Shown in pieces: positions 49,209-59,100 of a stretch of DNA of 64,000 nt. Under the pieces are notes generated by a model. The model ran no database searches and had not been told where the DNA came from. It saw nothing but the letters and a program-made list of their open reading frames with translations. Within the stretch, counting starts at the first letter, position 1, and every line of letters begins with the position of its first letter. Source of the stretch: Bryobacteraceae bacterium (GTDB taxonomy: Bacteria > Acidobacteriota > Terriglobia > Bryobacterales > Bryobacteraceae); contig JBAVEN010000082.1 of NCBI GenBank assembly GCA_049587755.1, forward strand, positions 9,804 to 73,803. The letters run 5' to 3'. Made by a program: the position numbers and the translations under genes.

Positions 49209-49733
49209 ATGTTCAAGACGGAACAGCAGATCAGGAAGATGGCGACGCTGACTGGCGTGCTGCTGATGGTGGCGGCGGAAGCTCTCGCCCAGGACAAGCA
49301 GCAGCCCGCGCGGCGCATCATTGTCAGCATTCCGGACCGCAAGCTGGCGGTGATGGAAGCGGGGCGCGTGCTGCGTATTTTCCCCACTGCCGTGGGCGCA
49401 ACCAAAAGCCCGAGCCCGGCCGGCGCTTACAAAATCATCGACCGCATTCCCGATCCTACCTGGTACACCAAGGGCCGCATCGTTCCGCCCGGCAAATTCA
49501 ACCCGCTGGGCACGCGCTGGCTCGGCTTGAGCGTCAGGGGATACGGCATTCACGGCACCAACAATCCCGCCTCCATCGGCCACAACGCATCGCACGGCTG
49601 CATTCGCATGCGCAACCACGACGTGGAGCAATTGTTCGAGATGGTCTCCGTGGGAGACGCCGTGGAGCTGTATGACGAGGCCACGCCGGAGACCGGGCAG
49701 ATCTTTGCGGCCGCTACCGGCGGCGCGCAGTAG
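49209..49733 (+). CDS. L,D-transpeptidase (YkuD domain)
   Basis: Signal or anchor segment, then GIHGTNNPASIGHNASHGCIRMRN (catalytic His/Cys motif). Confidence 0.85.
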   Translation: MFKTEQQIRKMATLTGVLLMVAAEALAQDKQQPARRIIVSIPDRKLAVMEAGRVLRIFPTAVGATKSPSPAGAYKIIDRIPDPTWYTKGRIVPPGKFNPLGTRWLGLSVRGYGIHGTNNPASIGHNASHGCIRMRNHDVEQLFEMVSVGDAVELYDEATPETGQIFAAATGGAQ

Positions 49734-49763
49734 AACAGGCGAAAGCATTCACGGAGCACAACC

Positions 49764-49892
49764 ATGGAAAACTTTTTCGGATGTATCCTGATGGCGGCGA
49801 TCACGCTGCCGCTGTCGTTCTTCGTGGCGCGGGGCTGCTTGCGCGGCATCATCCGCGCCCTCGGCGGGAGCAGGAATCGCGATGTGCTATGA
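49764..49892 (+). CDS. possible 42-aa single-TM peptide
   Basis: MENFFGCILMAAITLPLSFFVARGCLRGIIRALGGSRNRDVL. Its TGA overlaps the ATG of the next gene (ATGA at 49889-49892). Not in the ORF track because it is shorter than 60 aa. Confidence 0.3.
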   Translation: MENFFGCILMAAITLPLSFFVARGCLRGIIRALGGSRNRDVL

Positions 49893-51088
49893 TCGCAGCC
49901 GTGACTGCGAGGCGCGCGGCCTGGGCCGCGCTTCTGCTCTGGGCCGTGCCGCTGGCCTATGGCGCCGAGAACCTCGAAGGCGCGGTGCGCGAACTGGCGG
50001 CCAAAACCGCGCTGCTGGCGGGCGCGGGCACGCCGGTTTCGGTTACCTGCCGCAACGCATCATCGCTCGATTCAGCCGCCGCGTCTCGCCTGCCGGCGGC
50101 GTTTGAGAATCTCCTCGAGCAGGCAGGCGGGCACCCAGGGCAAGGCGCGGACGCGGTGAATGTTGCGCTCACGCTGTCCGAAAACGCCACCGACTACCTG
50201 CTGGTGGAAGACGCGCATAAAGGCGACCAGCGAACCGTGTGGATCGCCGCCTGGAAGCGCCCTGCCGCGGGCCAAACCACGGCGACTGGCGCGGGCCTCG
50301 AGAAAAAGCTGGTCTGGGAACAGGAAGAGCAGATTCTCGACCTGGCGATCTCCGGCGACGCCATGCTGGTGCTGGCGCCCTCCGGGATCGCGTTATTCGC
50401 GCGCAATGGGGACCGCTGGGAACCGCGTCAAACCGTGCGCCTGGCGCCGCCGCGGCCGTGGCCGCGCGACCTCCGCGGCCGCCTGCACCTGACCGCGCCG
50501 GGCTTTGAGGCATTCCTTCCCGGCTTGGCTTGCCAGGGCGCCATGGCGCCGCAGTTGACGATGGACTGCCGGCCGGGCAGCCAGCCGTGGATGCTCGAAT
50601 CCGGCAGCCGCGCGCTGCTGGCCGCCAGTTTCGCGCCCGGGCGCAATTACTTCGATGGGCATGTCGTGACACAAACCGGCGCCGCCCGCACAGCGCCGCC
50701 GTTCTTTTCCGCCGCCGCGGTGGAGGATCGCGCATCCACTTACTGGTTGCTGGCGCTGGCGGACGGGCGGGCCGAGCTGTTCGACGTCAACTTCAACCCG
50801 CTGGCGCCGATGCCTTCCTGGGGCGGCGATCTGGCCGGTATCGATGGGCGATGCGGTGCGGCGACCCAGGTGCTCGCCACGCGCGCCGGTGACGCCAACG
50901 AACCTGACGCTATTCAATCCTGGGCGGTGGTGGACCGGACGGCCGGCCCGCTCACGGCGCCCATCCTGTTCCCCGGTCCGGTAACGGCGCTGTGGACCGC
51001 CGGCCCCGATTCGGCCTTGGCCGTTGCTCGCAGCCTGGTCAGCGGCAGATACGAAGCTTATGTGGTTACGCTGGCCTGCGGGTCGTAA
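49889..51088 (+). CDS. secreted hypothetical protein
   Basis: Signal peptide AAWAALLLWAVPLAYGAE. 399 aa with no recognisable family. Confidence 0.6.
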   Translation: MIAAVTARRAAWAALLLWAVPLAYGAENLEGAVRELAAKTALLAGAGTPVSVTCRNASSLDSAAASRLPAAFENLLEQAGGHPGQGADAVNVALTLSENATDYLLVEDAHKGDQRTVWIAAWKRPAAGQTTATGAGLEKKLVWEQEEQILDLAISGDAMLVLAPSGIALFARNGDRWEPRQTVRLAPPRPWPRDLRGRLHLTAPGFEAFLPGLACQGAMAPQLTMDCRPGSQPWMLESGSRALLAASFAPGRNYFDGHVVTQTGAARTAPPFFSAAAVEDRASTYWLLALADGRAELFDVNFNPLAPMPSWGGDLAGIDGRCGAATQVLATRAGDANEPDAIQSWAVVDRTAGPLTAPILFPGPVTALWTAGPDSALAVARSLVSGRYEAYVVTLACGS

Positions 51089-51155
51089 CGAGATGCCTGA
51101 CGCTGGCCCCGCGCGCCACGGTGCTGGCCACCGCTCCCTCACGGTCGCGGCTCCG

Positions 51156-52262
51156 ATGCGGCTTCTGAGCCGCGACCTTGAGGGAGCGGTTGGTGCCGTC
51201 ATCGCGGAACCAGCCCTGGTGCGAGGACACCAAGCTGGTCTCTCCGCGATCGTCTTGTCAGTTTCGTTGCTGCTCGTCTGCGCCTTTTGCAGCCCCGCTC
51301 CCGCCGCCACGCGGCCGCGCTACGGCGGGACGCTGCGGGTGGAGATCCAGGCTTCCATCGAGACCGCCGATCCGCCGCAGCTCGGGCCGGGAATGGCCGA
51401 TCTGGCGCCGGCGTTCGCCATCACGCGCTGGGAAGCGGGCAGGCGCGCGGCCTTCGCAGCCGATGAGAACGCGCCTGGGGGACGGCCGTTTCTGGACGCC
51501 GTCGAGGTCGAACTGGCGCGTCCGCCGCGCGAGCAAGGCATCGATCTCGACGTGGGTAAAGCCGATCTGATCGAAATTCCTCCCAGCGAAGCCCGGCGCC
51601 AGCCCGCCGGCCGCCGCACCTGGGTCTCGCAACCAGTGCGCGTGCTGCTGTTGCTGTTTGGCACGCGCGTGGACGATCCCCGCGCGCGAGAAGCTCTGTC
51701 GCTGGCGGTGGACCGGACGGCGATCTTCAACGTGCTGCTACAGCGGCAGGGCGAGATTTCGGGCGCCCTGCTGCCGCAATGGCTCTCGGGCTATGCGTTC
51801 GTGTTCAGCGCGGCCTCCGACACCGCCAAGGCGCGCGAGTTGGCCGCGGCCATCCCGGCGGCTGCGCGCAGTTTCAGTATCGGCGTGGAAGATGCGGCGC
51901 TGCGGCCCATCGCCGAGCGCATCGCGCTCAATGCGCGAGATGCCGGGCTGGCGGTCGCGGTCGCTCCGCAGGGCGGCGCCGGCGACGTGCGCCTGCTGGA
52001 GGTGCGCATCGCCACCGCCGATCCGGCGCGTGCGCTGGCCGCCATCGCCGCCGCCCTGGGCCTGCCGGCGGCGCCGCCCGCCGAATCGCCCGACGCGCTT
52101 TACAACGCCGAGCGCAGCCTGCTCGAGGACTTTCGCGTGGTACCGCTGTTCCACCTGGCCGATGTCTACGGCGTGGCGGCGCGCGTGAAGGGCGGACCGG
52201 GCATTTCGCCGCTGGGCGAGTGGCGTTTTGAAAATGTCTGGCTGGAAAGCGGCCGGCCATGA
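51156..52262 (+). CDS. reduced family-5 (peptide/nickel type) solute-binding-protein-like periplasmic protein
   Basis: RPRYGGTLRVEI N-terminal signature, LLFGTRVDDPRAREALSLAVDR and VVPLFHL. Much shorter than canonical SBP5 proteins. ATGA overlap with the histidine kinase gene. Start uncertain. Confidence 0.55.
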   Translation: MRLLSRDLEGAVGAVIAEPALVRGHQAGLSAIVLSVSLLLVCAFCSPAPAATRPRYGGTLRVEIQASIETADPPQLGPGMADLAPAFAITRWEAGRRAAFAADENAPGGRPFLDAVEVELARPPREQGIDLDVGKADLIEIPPSEARRQPAGRRTWVSQPVRVLLLLFGTRVDDPRAREALSLAVDRTAIFNVLLQRQGEISGALLPQWLSGYAFVFSAASDTAKARELAAAIPAAARSFSIGVEDAALRPIAERIALNARDAGLAVAVAPQGGAGDVRLLEVRIATADPARALAAIAAALGLPAAPPAESPDALYNAERSLLEDFRVVPLFHLADVYGVAARVKGGPGISPLGEWRFENVWLESGRP

Positions 52263-53998
52263 CGTTCCGCACCCGCCTGCTGATGGTCTTCACGCTGGCA
52301 GTGGTGGCCTCGGTGGGGATGGTGGAGTGGCTGGTGACGCGCGCTACGCGGGAAGCCTTCGAGCGCGTGGAGCACGAGCGCGCCGACGTCCTGGCCGCCC
52401 AATTCCAGCGCGAGTTCGCCCGGCGCGGCCAGGAAATCGTGCGCGCCGTCAAGGACATCGCCCAGTCCGACGCCGCCGTCAATGTCGCCATCTCCTCGGA
52501 CGACTCCGCTTATTACAACGAAGCGTCCGCCATGGCGCGCGCCCACGGGCTTGGGCTGCTCGAACTGGTGGGCGGCGATGGCGCCATCATCTCCTCCGCG
52601 GAGTGGCCAGTGCGCTTCGGGTACGTGGAAGATTGGCTGGCGTCGCCATCGGGCTGGAAGCCGGGTGTCGCTTTCCTGCGGCGCGAAGAGCTGCCGGATG
52701 GATTCACGCTGGCGCTCGCGGCGGTAGAAACGGTGAATGCCGGCGGCCGGCAACTGTACGTGGCGGGCGGCCAGCAGCTCGACCAGGATTTCCTCGCCAC
52801 TCTGGTGCTGCCCGCGGGGATGCGCGTGCTTCTGTACCGCAACCTGGAACCGCAGTTTGCGCCGCATCTGCTGGCCGGCACCGCCGATACCGCGGCTGAC
52901 GCGCAGGAGTTTCAGCCGCTGATCGAACAGGTGATCCGCGAGCGGCGCCCGCTGCTGGCCACTTTGGGCAGCGGCGCCGCGGGGGAGACGGTCCATGCGC
53001 TGCCGCTTGCCGGCATCGAAAACAACCTGCTGGCCGTGCTGCTGATTTCGAGCTCGCGCCGCGAGCTGGTGGAATTGGAAAACTCGCTCGGCCGAAACGG
53101 CGCCTGGGTGGCGGCGGGCGCCATCTTCACCGGCATGCTGATGGCGGCCTGGGCCACCGCGCGCGTCACTCGCCCGGTGCGGCGGCTGGCCGAGAGCGCC
53201 GGCCAGGTGGCGGCCGGAAACTGGAGCGCCACGGTGGAGGTGACCTCGCGCGACGAGGTCGGGCAACTGGCGCAGGCCTTCAACCGCATGACGCATGAGT
53301 TGGTGGAGCAGCGCCAGCGCCTGGTGCAGACCGAGCGCGTGGCCGCCTGGCGCGAGCTGGCAAGGCGTCTGGCGCATGAGCTCAAGAATCCGCTTTTTCC
53401 CTTGCAAATCACCGTTGAAAACATGCAGCGCGCCCGCGAGAGCCATCCGGCGGAGTTCGATGAAGTCTTTCGCGAAGGCAGCCGCACGCTGCTGGCCGAG
53501 TTGGCCAATCTCAAGCAGATCATCGCCCGCTTTTCCGATTTCGCCAAAATGCCGGCGCCCGAAATGCAGCCGGTGAATCTGAACGCGCTGGTCGCGGAAA
53601 CCATGAAGCTGTTTGAGGCCCAGTTCGCCCAGGCGCGGGTGATGGCGCGGGCGGAGCTGGCTCCGGCGCTGCCCACCGTGTCCGCCGATCCGGAGCAGAT
53701 CGCGCGCGCGCTGCGCAACCTGGTGCTCAACGCCATCGATGCCATGCCGGAAGGCGGCGCGCTGACGGTGCGCACCATGCCGCAAGGCTCGGGCGCGCGC
53801 CTGGAGATCTCCGATTCCGGCAAAGGCCTGAGCCAGGAGGAATGCGAGCGCCTCTTCACGCCCTACTACACCACCAAGACGCACGGCACGGGCCTGGGCT
53901 TGGCCATCGTGCAATCGGTGGTCAGCGATCACCACGGCCGGGTTTCGGTGGAGAGCCAGCCCGGCAAGGGCACCACCTTTCGAATTGACTTAGGGTAA
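52259..53998 (+). CDS. sensor histidine kinase (periplasmic sensor, HAMP, HisKA, HATPase_c; NtrB/AtoS-like)
   Basis: Two TM segments, HAMP, H-box LAHELKNPLFPL, N-box LVLNAIDAM, G-boxes DSGKGL and GTGLGLAIV. Confidence 0.9.
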   Translation: MTFRTRLLMVFTLAVVASVGMVEWLVTRATREAFERVEHERADVLAAQFQREFARRGQEIVRAVKDIAQSDAAVNVAISSDDSAYYNEASAMARAHGLGLLELVGGDGAIISSAEWPVRFGYVEDWLASPSGWKPGVAFLRREELPDGFTLALAAVETVNAGGRQLYVAGGQQLDQDFLATLVLPAGMRVLLYRNLEPQFAPHLLAGTADTAADAQEFQPLIEQVIRERRPLLATLGSGAAGETVHALPLAGIENNLLAVLLISSSRRELVELENSLGRNGAWVAAGAIFTGMLMAAWATARVTRPVRRLAESAGQVAAGNWSATVEVTSRDEVGQLAQAFNRMTHELVEQRQRLVQTERVAAWRELARRLAHELKNPLFPLQITVENMQRARESHPAEFDEVFREGSRTLLAELANLKQIIARFSDFAKMPAPEMQPVNLNALVAETMKLFEAQFAQARVMARAELAPALPTVSADPEQIARALRNLVLNAIDAMPEGGALTVRTMPQGSGARLEISDSGKGLSQEECERLFTPYYTTKTHGTGLGLAIVQSVVSDHHGRVSVESQPGKGTTFRIDLG

Positions 53999-54006
53999 CC
54001 TCAGAT

Positions 54007-55377
54007 TTGGCTCACTTGCTGATTGTCGATGACGACGCCAACACGCTGGCGTCCCTTGCGCGCGCGTTTCGCCTGGCTGGCCACGAGGCCGTCGTCTGCG
54101 ATAACGCGGCGCGCGCGCTCGAGCTGGCGAAATCGCAGCCCTTCGACCTGATGATGTCCGACGTGGTGATGCCGGGCAAGGACGGGCTGGCATTGCTCGA
54201 AGATCTGCGCGCGGCCGGCATCGCACTGCCGGTGGTGATGATTTCCGGGCAGGCCAACATCGAAATGGCGGTGCGCGCCACGCGGCTGGGCGCCATCGAT
54301 TTCCTCGAAAAACCCCTTTCCACCGATAAGCTCCTGCTCACTGTCGATAACGTGCTCAAGCTGAAGCGCCTGGAGGAAGAGAACCGCGATTTGCGGCAGC
54401 GCGTGGGTAAGCACGAGATTGTGCACTCGGGCGAAGCTATGCGCCGCGTGATGGCGCAGGTGGATCGCGTGGCGGCCAGCGAAACGCGCGTCTGCATTTT
54501 GGGCGAGACCGGAACCGGCAAGGAACTGATCGCCCGCGCGCTGCATGACCGCAGCCAGCGCAGCGCGGGGCCGTTCGTCACCCTCAACTGCGCCGCCGTG
54601 CCGGGCGAGCTGATTGAAAGCGAGTTGTTCGGCCATGAGAAAGGTTCGTTCACCGGAGCCGCCGCGCGCCATCTCGGCAAGTTCGAGCAGGCCCATCGCG
54701 GCACGCTGTTCCTGGATGAGATTGGCGACATGCCGCTGGTGATGCAGGCCAAGCTGCTGCGCGTGCTGGAGGAGCGGCAGGTGGAACGCGTTGGTGGCGA
54801 CCGCGCCATCCCGGTCGACGTCCGCGTGATCGTGGCCACTCACCGCAACCTCGACGAGTTAGTCAGCAAGGGCGCGTTCCGCCAGGATCTGTATCATCGC
54901 ATCTATGTTTACCCGCTGCTGCTGCCGCCCTTGCGCGAACGCACCGAGGACATACAGCCGCTGGCCGAGCACTTCGCGCGGCAGGTGGCGGAAATCAATG
55001 GCTGGAAGGCAAAGCCGCTGACGCCGGAGGCAATCGCGGAGCTGGTGCGCTACCGCTGGCCCGGCAACGTGCGCGAGTTGCGCAACGTGGTGGAGCGGCT
55101 GCTGTTGCTGGCCGATGGCCCAGTGGACGCCGCGGCGGCGCGCCTGGCCTTGCCCGAAGCTGCAGATGCGCCGGCGGCAGCGCCCTCATCCGGCCACACT
55201 CTCGCCCAACGCGTGGATGGTTTCGAGCGCGGCCAGATCCTGACCGAACTGAAACGTCACGGCCAGCGTATGTCCGACACCGCCAAGGCGCTTGGTCTGG
55301 AGCGCAGCCATCTCTACAAGAAATGCCAGGCGCTCGGCATCGACCTGCGCGCCCTGCGCCACGCAGAACCGTCGTAG
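54007..55377 (+). CDS. sigma54-dependent response regulator (NtrC family: REC, AAA+, Fis-type HTH)
   Basis: LLIVDDD...DLMMSDVVMPG receiver domain. GETGTGKE Walker A, GAFRQDLYHR, and C-terminal HTH TAKALGLERSHLYKKC. Confidence 0.9.
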   Translation: MAHLLIVDDDANTLASLARAFRLAGHEAVVCDNAARALELAKSQPFDLMMSDVVMPGKDGLALLEDLRAAGIALPVVMISGQANIEMAVRATRLGAIDFLEKPLSTDKLLLTVDNVLKLKRLEEENRDLRQRVGKHEIVHSGEAMRRVMAQVDRVAASETRVCILGETGTGKELIARALHDRSQRSAGPFVTLNCAAVPGELIESELFGHEKGSFTGAAARHLGKFEQAHRGTLFLDEIGDMPLVMQAKLLRVLEERQVERVGGDRAIPVDVRVIVATHRNLDELVSKGAFRQDLYHRIYVYPLLLPPLRERTEDIQPLAEHFARQVAEINGWKAKPLTPEAIAELVRYRWPGNVRELRNVVERLLLLADGPVDAAAARLALPEAADAPAAAPSSGHTLAQRVDGFERGQILTELKRHGQRMSDTAKALGLERSHLYKKCQALGIDLRALRHAEPS

Positions 55378-55396
55378 GGGCCGGGCATGCCGGCCC
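55374..55396. repeat. REP-like palindrome overlapping the response-regulator stop codon
   Basis: GTAGGGGCCGGGCATGCCGGCCC, the same family as 8806-8830 and 10467-10491 but missing one C. The TAG at 55375-55377 is the stop codon. Confidence 0.75.
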
Positions 55397-55453
55397 GCTG
55401 CTCAGGTATCGGCCACTCCGGGCCAATCTGCGCTCTGGCGCCGTTGCCGGTGT

Positions 55454-56347
55454 TCACTGCTTGACCAGCGTGGCCACGGACATATGAGGCCAGTTGATCC
55501 CCAGGAAGTTCAGGATCACCGTCTGCGTGTATTGCAGTTGCAGAAACGTGGTGCCGTCCGGCTGCTTCACGGTCTCAATCCAGAAGATGGCATCGAGCTG
55601 AGTGGCGTTTGCATTCGCAACCACAAACGGAATATTGACGATGCCGCCGGCGGGGGTGGTTGAGATTACGATCACCACGGTTTTGACGATGGTCTGCCCG
55701 GCGATCGCTGCCAGAAGGGCCAGGTTCGGATTCTTTACCCAAGGCAGCGGGATGCCTGTAGGCAACGGCGGATTGGCAAAAGGCGTCAGGTAGCCGGGCG
55801 TGACACCCGGCCCGGTGGGAGTGGAATCGATAGCTGCGATTGTCGGACCCGACTGCACCGTTCCGAAGAAGGTGCTCTGAGCCAGCACGGAATCGCCGTG
55901 CGGAATCGTGGCCAGGCGGACCACGGTCTCGGGTTGATTCGGCGGCAACACGGTTGTTGCCGGCACCTTGATCCAGATGCCCGGCTCGATGTGCAGCGCC
56001 GAGTTCGTCACAATGTCGCTGACTCGCTGCAGATAGGTCAGCCCTTGCAGGTTAATATCGGTCTGTCCGGTGCCATTGGCGAGATCCGTCTCAGATCCCC
56101 GGTTGGGAATCGCGCCGCCGATCGGAGTGAATTCAAGAATCTCCCGCGTGGCGTTGAGTTTCAGGCGGAACGGTTTGGGCCCGGTACTCGGGGGCTTGGA
56201 GTCAAAGTCCGGTAGCGAGATCAGGTTGAATCCGGTCCCGACCCAGGTTCCGGCGAGGTCGGCGAGCGGTCCAAGATTGGAAGCTTCGACGTTTAGCGGG
56301 TAACCCGGGCGAATATTCACCGGCAGCGGTGCGGGCGGTGCGGCCAT
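55454..56347 (-). CDS. hypothetical protein, beta-rich, no signal peptide recognised
   Basis: 297 aa after an AAGGAGGG SD. LAGTWVGTGFNLISLP recalls lipocalin/nitrobindin-type openings, but I cannot place the family. Confidence 0.6.
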   Translation of the reverse strand: MAAPPAPLPVNIRPGYPLNVEASNLGPLADLAGTWVGTGFNLISLPDFDSKPPSTGPKPFRLKLNATREILEFTPIGGAIPNRGSETDLANGTGQTDINLQGLTYLQRVSDIVTNSALHIEPGIWIKVPATTVLPPNQPETVVRLATIPHGDSVLAQSTFFGTVQSGPTIAAIDSTPTGPGVTPGYLTPFANPPLPTGIPLPWVKNPNLALLAAIAGQTIVKTVVIVISTTPAGGIVNIPFVVANANATQLDAIFWIETVKQPDGTTFLQLQYTQTVILNFLGINWPHMSVATLVKQ

Positions 56348-56426
56348 ATACTTCCCTCCTTGCTGCGTAGTGCGGCAGCGGCGAAGAACATTTCGGCCGC
56401 GGGATGGAATTCAGTGCTGGATAGCA

Positions 56427-58157
56427 CTAAGAATTGCCGGCCCGAACGTCGTGAATGCCGGTTGGGACGGCTAGCGCGCGGAGTTCGGCCGCCTCTGCGC
56501 GCTGTAGCTGCTGCCAGGTCGCACTCTGGCCGGGCTGTCCGCAAGGCGACGATGGGATGGGCGAACCTTTGGCGCGGAATACGTCAAACTCGAGATCTAT
56601 ATTGGCGGTGGGAAACAAAATCTCCCGCCGCTTCTCATCCGGCACCCTAAAGACGCGGATCAACGCGTAATCCTGCTCGATCCATGGATACCGGGCCTGC
56701 CGGTCCGCCGTCAGATACTCCCCCGGCCTCAGAACCAGGAACGTCGGGCGCAGGTGGTACAACATGGAAATCAGGTTGCGCTCATGCGGATAGTCACGCA
56801 GATACTTCACTACTTTGCGGCTGCACAATCCGGGATAATCGTAAACCGTCCGCCGCGAATAATACTCGATGTACCCGAGCGACTCGGAGCCGATGGTGTC
56901 GCTGGTCTTCGCCACGCATCCCAAATAGCGGCCAATTGCTTCGCGGCCGCCGACCTCGACGTACCGCTGAATGGCTCTGTCGGACTGCATGGTGGCCGGC
57001 AGTATCCATACCAGCGACGCGATGTACGCTACCCCCACCCCCGCGGCGATGGCCTCGCGCATCCTTGGCGCCGTGAAAGGCTCCAGCATTCGCCACAGGC
57101 CGTAGGCGCTGCCGACAATCCCAACTGCCGCAACGGGCCCTGTGTACCATCCAAAGATGAAGCTGACGCTGAAAGTGAGGTACACGGAATACGCTGCCAG
57201 AAACGCATAGACCAAAAGCGCTTCGAAGTGCCGCTTGCGGAGAGCCGCGACTATTCCCGGAAGCGCCAGGAGAACCGCCAGACGGGAAATCATGTACCCG
57301 CCCCATAAGGGCTGAAAGCCGGTTCCATTGCCGCCGTAGGCCGGGCCCAGCGTCGCAAAGATGGAAAAGAAGTGGTGCCCCGCGTGTTCGGCTTTTGCCA
57401 GAGCCGGCAACTTCCAGAGCTCGGATAACTCATTCGAATAACCCAGGCCTTTGGCCAGAATCGTGTTGGGAACCGGGCTGCCATAGTATAAGGACGTGAA
57501 GATCAGCCATGGCGCATAGAGCGCCGTCAGTCCACCCAGCAGCGGAACCAGCCGCCGCCACGCGCGGGATTTCCGCGCCCGCCAGAATTCCACCGCGCAC
57601 GCAATCGCCACCCAGATTGCCGCGTCCGGACGCGCCAACATGGCGAATCCGAGCGACAGGCCCTTCTGCCACTGAGTGCCGCGCTCGATGCGATCGATGG
57701 AATACAGGTATGCCACCGTGACGAACTGCGTCTCCATCCCCGCCATTCCCCACATGATCTGGTGATGTTCAAAGGCCAGGAAAGCGGCGGCTGTCAGAGC
57801 GAGGGCGCGCGGCATCCCCAGGTTCAGGCAGATACGCGCACCCAGCCAGGCCGCGATGCCCCCGCAGAGAGCGGAGAGGATTTTCAGCAATGACAGGCCG
57901 AACCCGAGGTGAACCAGATCGCCCAGCAACGGCAGCAACACACTGAGCGGGCTGGTGAAGCCGTGCAAAGGCGGCTCGCCGGGTTGCACGTGGGTTAAGC
58001 CCAGCCCGCGAACAGCGTTCTCCGAATGGAGAACGCTGATGAGCGCGTCTTCCCAGGTTCTGCCGGTGTAGAACCAGAAGAAGAGACGAATCAGCACTGC
58101 GGATACGACGATCAGAATCAAAGCCCTGGAGAACCACCGGGGGGCGCCGGAATCCAT
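56427..58157 (-). CDS. polytopic membrane protein, probable GT-C-type glycosyltransferase
   Basis: About 12 predicted TM segments plus a C-terminal soluble domain. Start taken at ATG 58157 (MDSGAPRWFSRALILIVVSAVLI). Assigned from architecture only. Confidence 0.5.
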   Translation of the reverse strand: MDSGAPRWFSRALILIVVSAVLIRLFFWFYTGRTWEDALISVLHSENAVRGLGLTHVQPGEPPLHGFTSPLSVLLPLLGDLVHLGFGLSLLKILSALCGGIAAWLGARICLNLGMPRALALTAAAFLAFEHHQIMWGMAGMETQFVTVAYLYSIDRIERGTQWQKGLSLGFAMLARPDAAIWVAIACAVEFWRARKSRAWRRLVPLLGGLTALYAPWLIFTSLYYGSPVPNTILAKGLGYSNELSELWKLPALAKAEHAGHHFFSIFATLGPAYGGNGTGFQPLWGGYMISRLAVLLALPGIVAALRKRHFEALLVYAFLAAYSVYLTFSVSFIFGWYTGPVAAVGIVGSAYGLWRMLEPFTAPRMREAIAAGVGVAYIASLVWILPATMQSDRAIQRYVEVGGREAIGRYLGCVAKTSDTIGSESLGYIEYYSRRTVYDYPGLCSRKVVKYLRDYPHERNLISMLYHLRPTFLVLRPGEYLTADRQARYPWIEQDYALIRVFRVPDEKRREILFPTANIDLEFDVFRAKGSPIPSSPCGQPGQSATWQQLQRAEAAELRALAVPTGIHDVRAGNS

Positions 58158-58270
58158 GCCCGGATGGTAGCATCGCTCCACCGCGCCGGCCAGCGGAGCA
58201 TCAGCGCCGGGATTGAAGTCAGTCGGCACAGGAATGGCAATACGGGGCTGCGATGCCCGGCCTGCGAAGA

Positions 58271-58843
58271 TTACGGCCGCGGCTTGGTGGAGGCGGCCTT
58301 CGGCGGCGGGGCTTTTCTGGGTGCTGGCTTGGGGCGGGCGAGCAGCGCGTCCATCGACTTGCGCAAATTCTGTTCCTCTTGGTCGCCGAGGTAAGCCGCG
58401 TCGGCGCCATCGTGCTGTTCCCGCACCATGCCCTGGCGGTCGATGAATAGCAGAATCGGCATCAGAGGCAGACGGGAAAGCGAATAACCCGCGAAGTTCA
58501 GCACGGCGATGGGGTCGTCATAGCCGATCGCAAAGGGCGGGTGCATGGACTTGATGAACAGGGGCACCGCGGACGGCGCGTTTTGGTCGATCGCCGATGC
58601 CAGGATCACCAGGCCGCGCCGCTCGTACTCCGGCTGCAATTTGTTCAGGATCTCCACGGCATGCTGGCAATGCGGGCAGGTAGTCAGAATGAACGCCAGC
58701 AGCACCGGCTTGCCCTTGTACGCGGCCAGCGAGAGCGGCTTGCCGCCGGGGACTTGGATGGTCCATTCGTTCGTTTTGCGAGGGACCTGCTGGGCCATCA
58801 CCGTCGCGGCCGCGGCCAGAGACAATACGAACAGCTTGGACAT
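58271..58843 (-). CDS. TlpA-like periplasmic thiol-disulfide oxidoreductase (redoxin)
   Basis: Signal peptide, then GKPVLLAFILTTCPHCQHAV (CxxC). Lys/Pro-rich tail. Confidence 0.85.
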   Translation of the reverse strand: MSKLFVLSLAAAATVMAQQVPRKTNEWTIQVPGGKPLSLAAYKGKPVLLAFILTTCPHCQHAVEILNKLQPEYERRGLVILASAIDQNAPSAVPLFIKSMHPPFAIGYDDPIAVLNFAGYSLSRLPLMPILLFIDRQGMVREQHDGADAAYLGDQEEQNLRKSMDALLARPKPAPRKAPPPKAASTKPRP

Positions 58844-59100
58844 GAAACGTCCAGTTTAACAGCACAAGGCGGGCGGGCATGCGCTTTTAGAGCAGCCGTC
58901 AGGTACCAAGAAAGCAAGGGAAGAACGGTTTCGTGTGCGTCGTGCAACGATCATGGACCGCTGGAATCGAACACGGCTGCTCTGTAGTTCCCGACTCGGT
59001 CCTTTTGCCCCAGGAGAGTCCGCAGATTCACCAAAGGAGACACGAATCAGCGTCATTGCACGCTGGAACGGCGTATAACTTATAACTTATTGATTCTAAC

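Noticed and set aside
58889-58983. SRP (4.5S) RNA, suggested by GTCAGGTACCAAGAAAGCAAGG resembling the GTCAGGTCCGGAAGGAAGCAGCC motif
   Set aside because: The GGAA tetraloop and the symmetric-loop residues are not preserved. The similarity is only partial purine-rich sequence.
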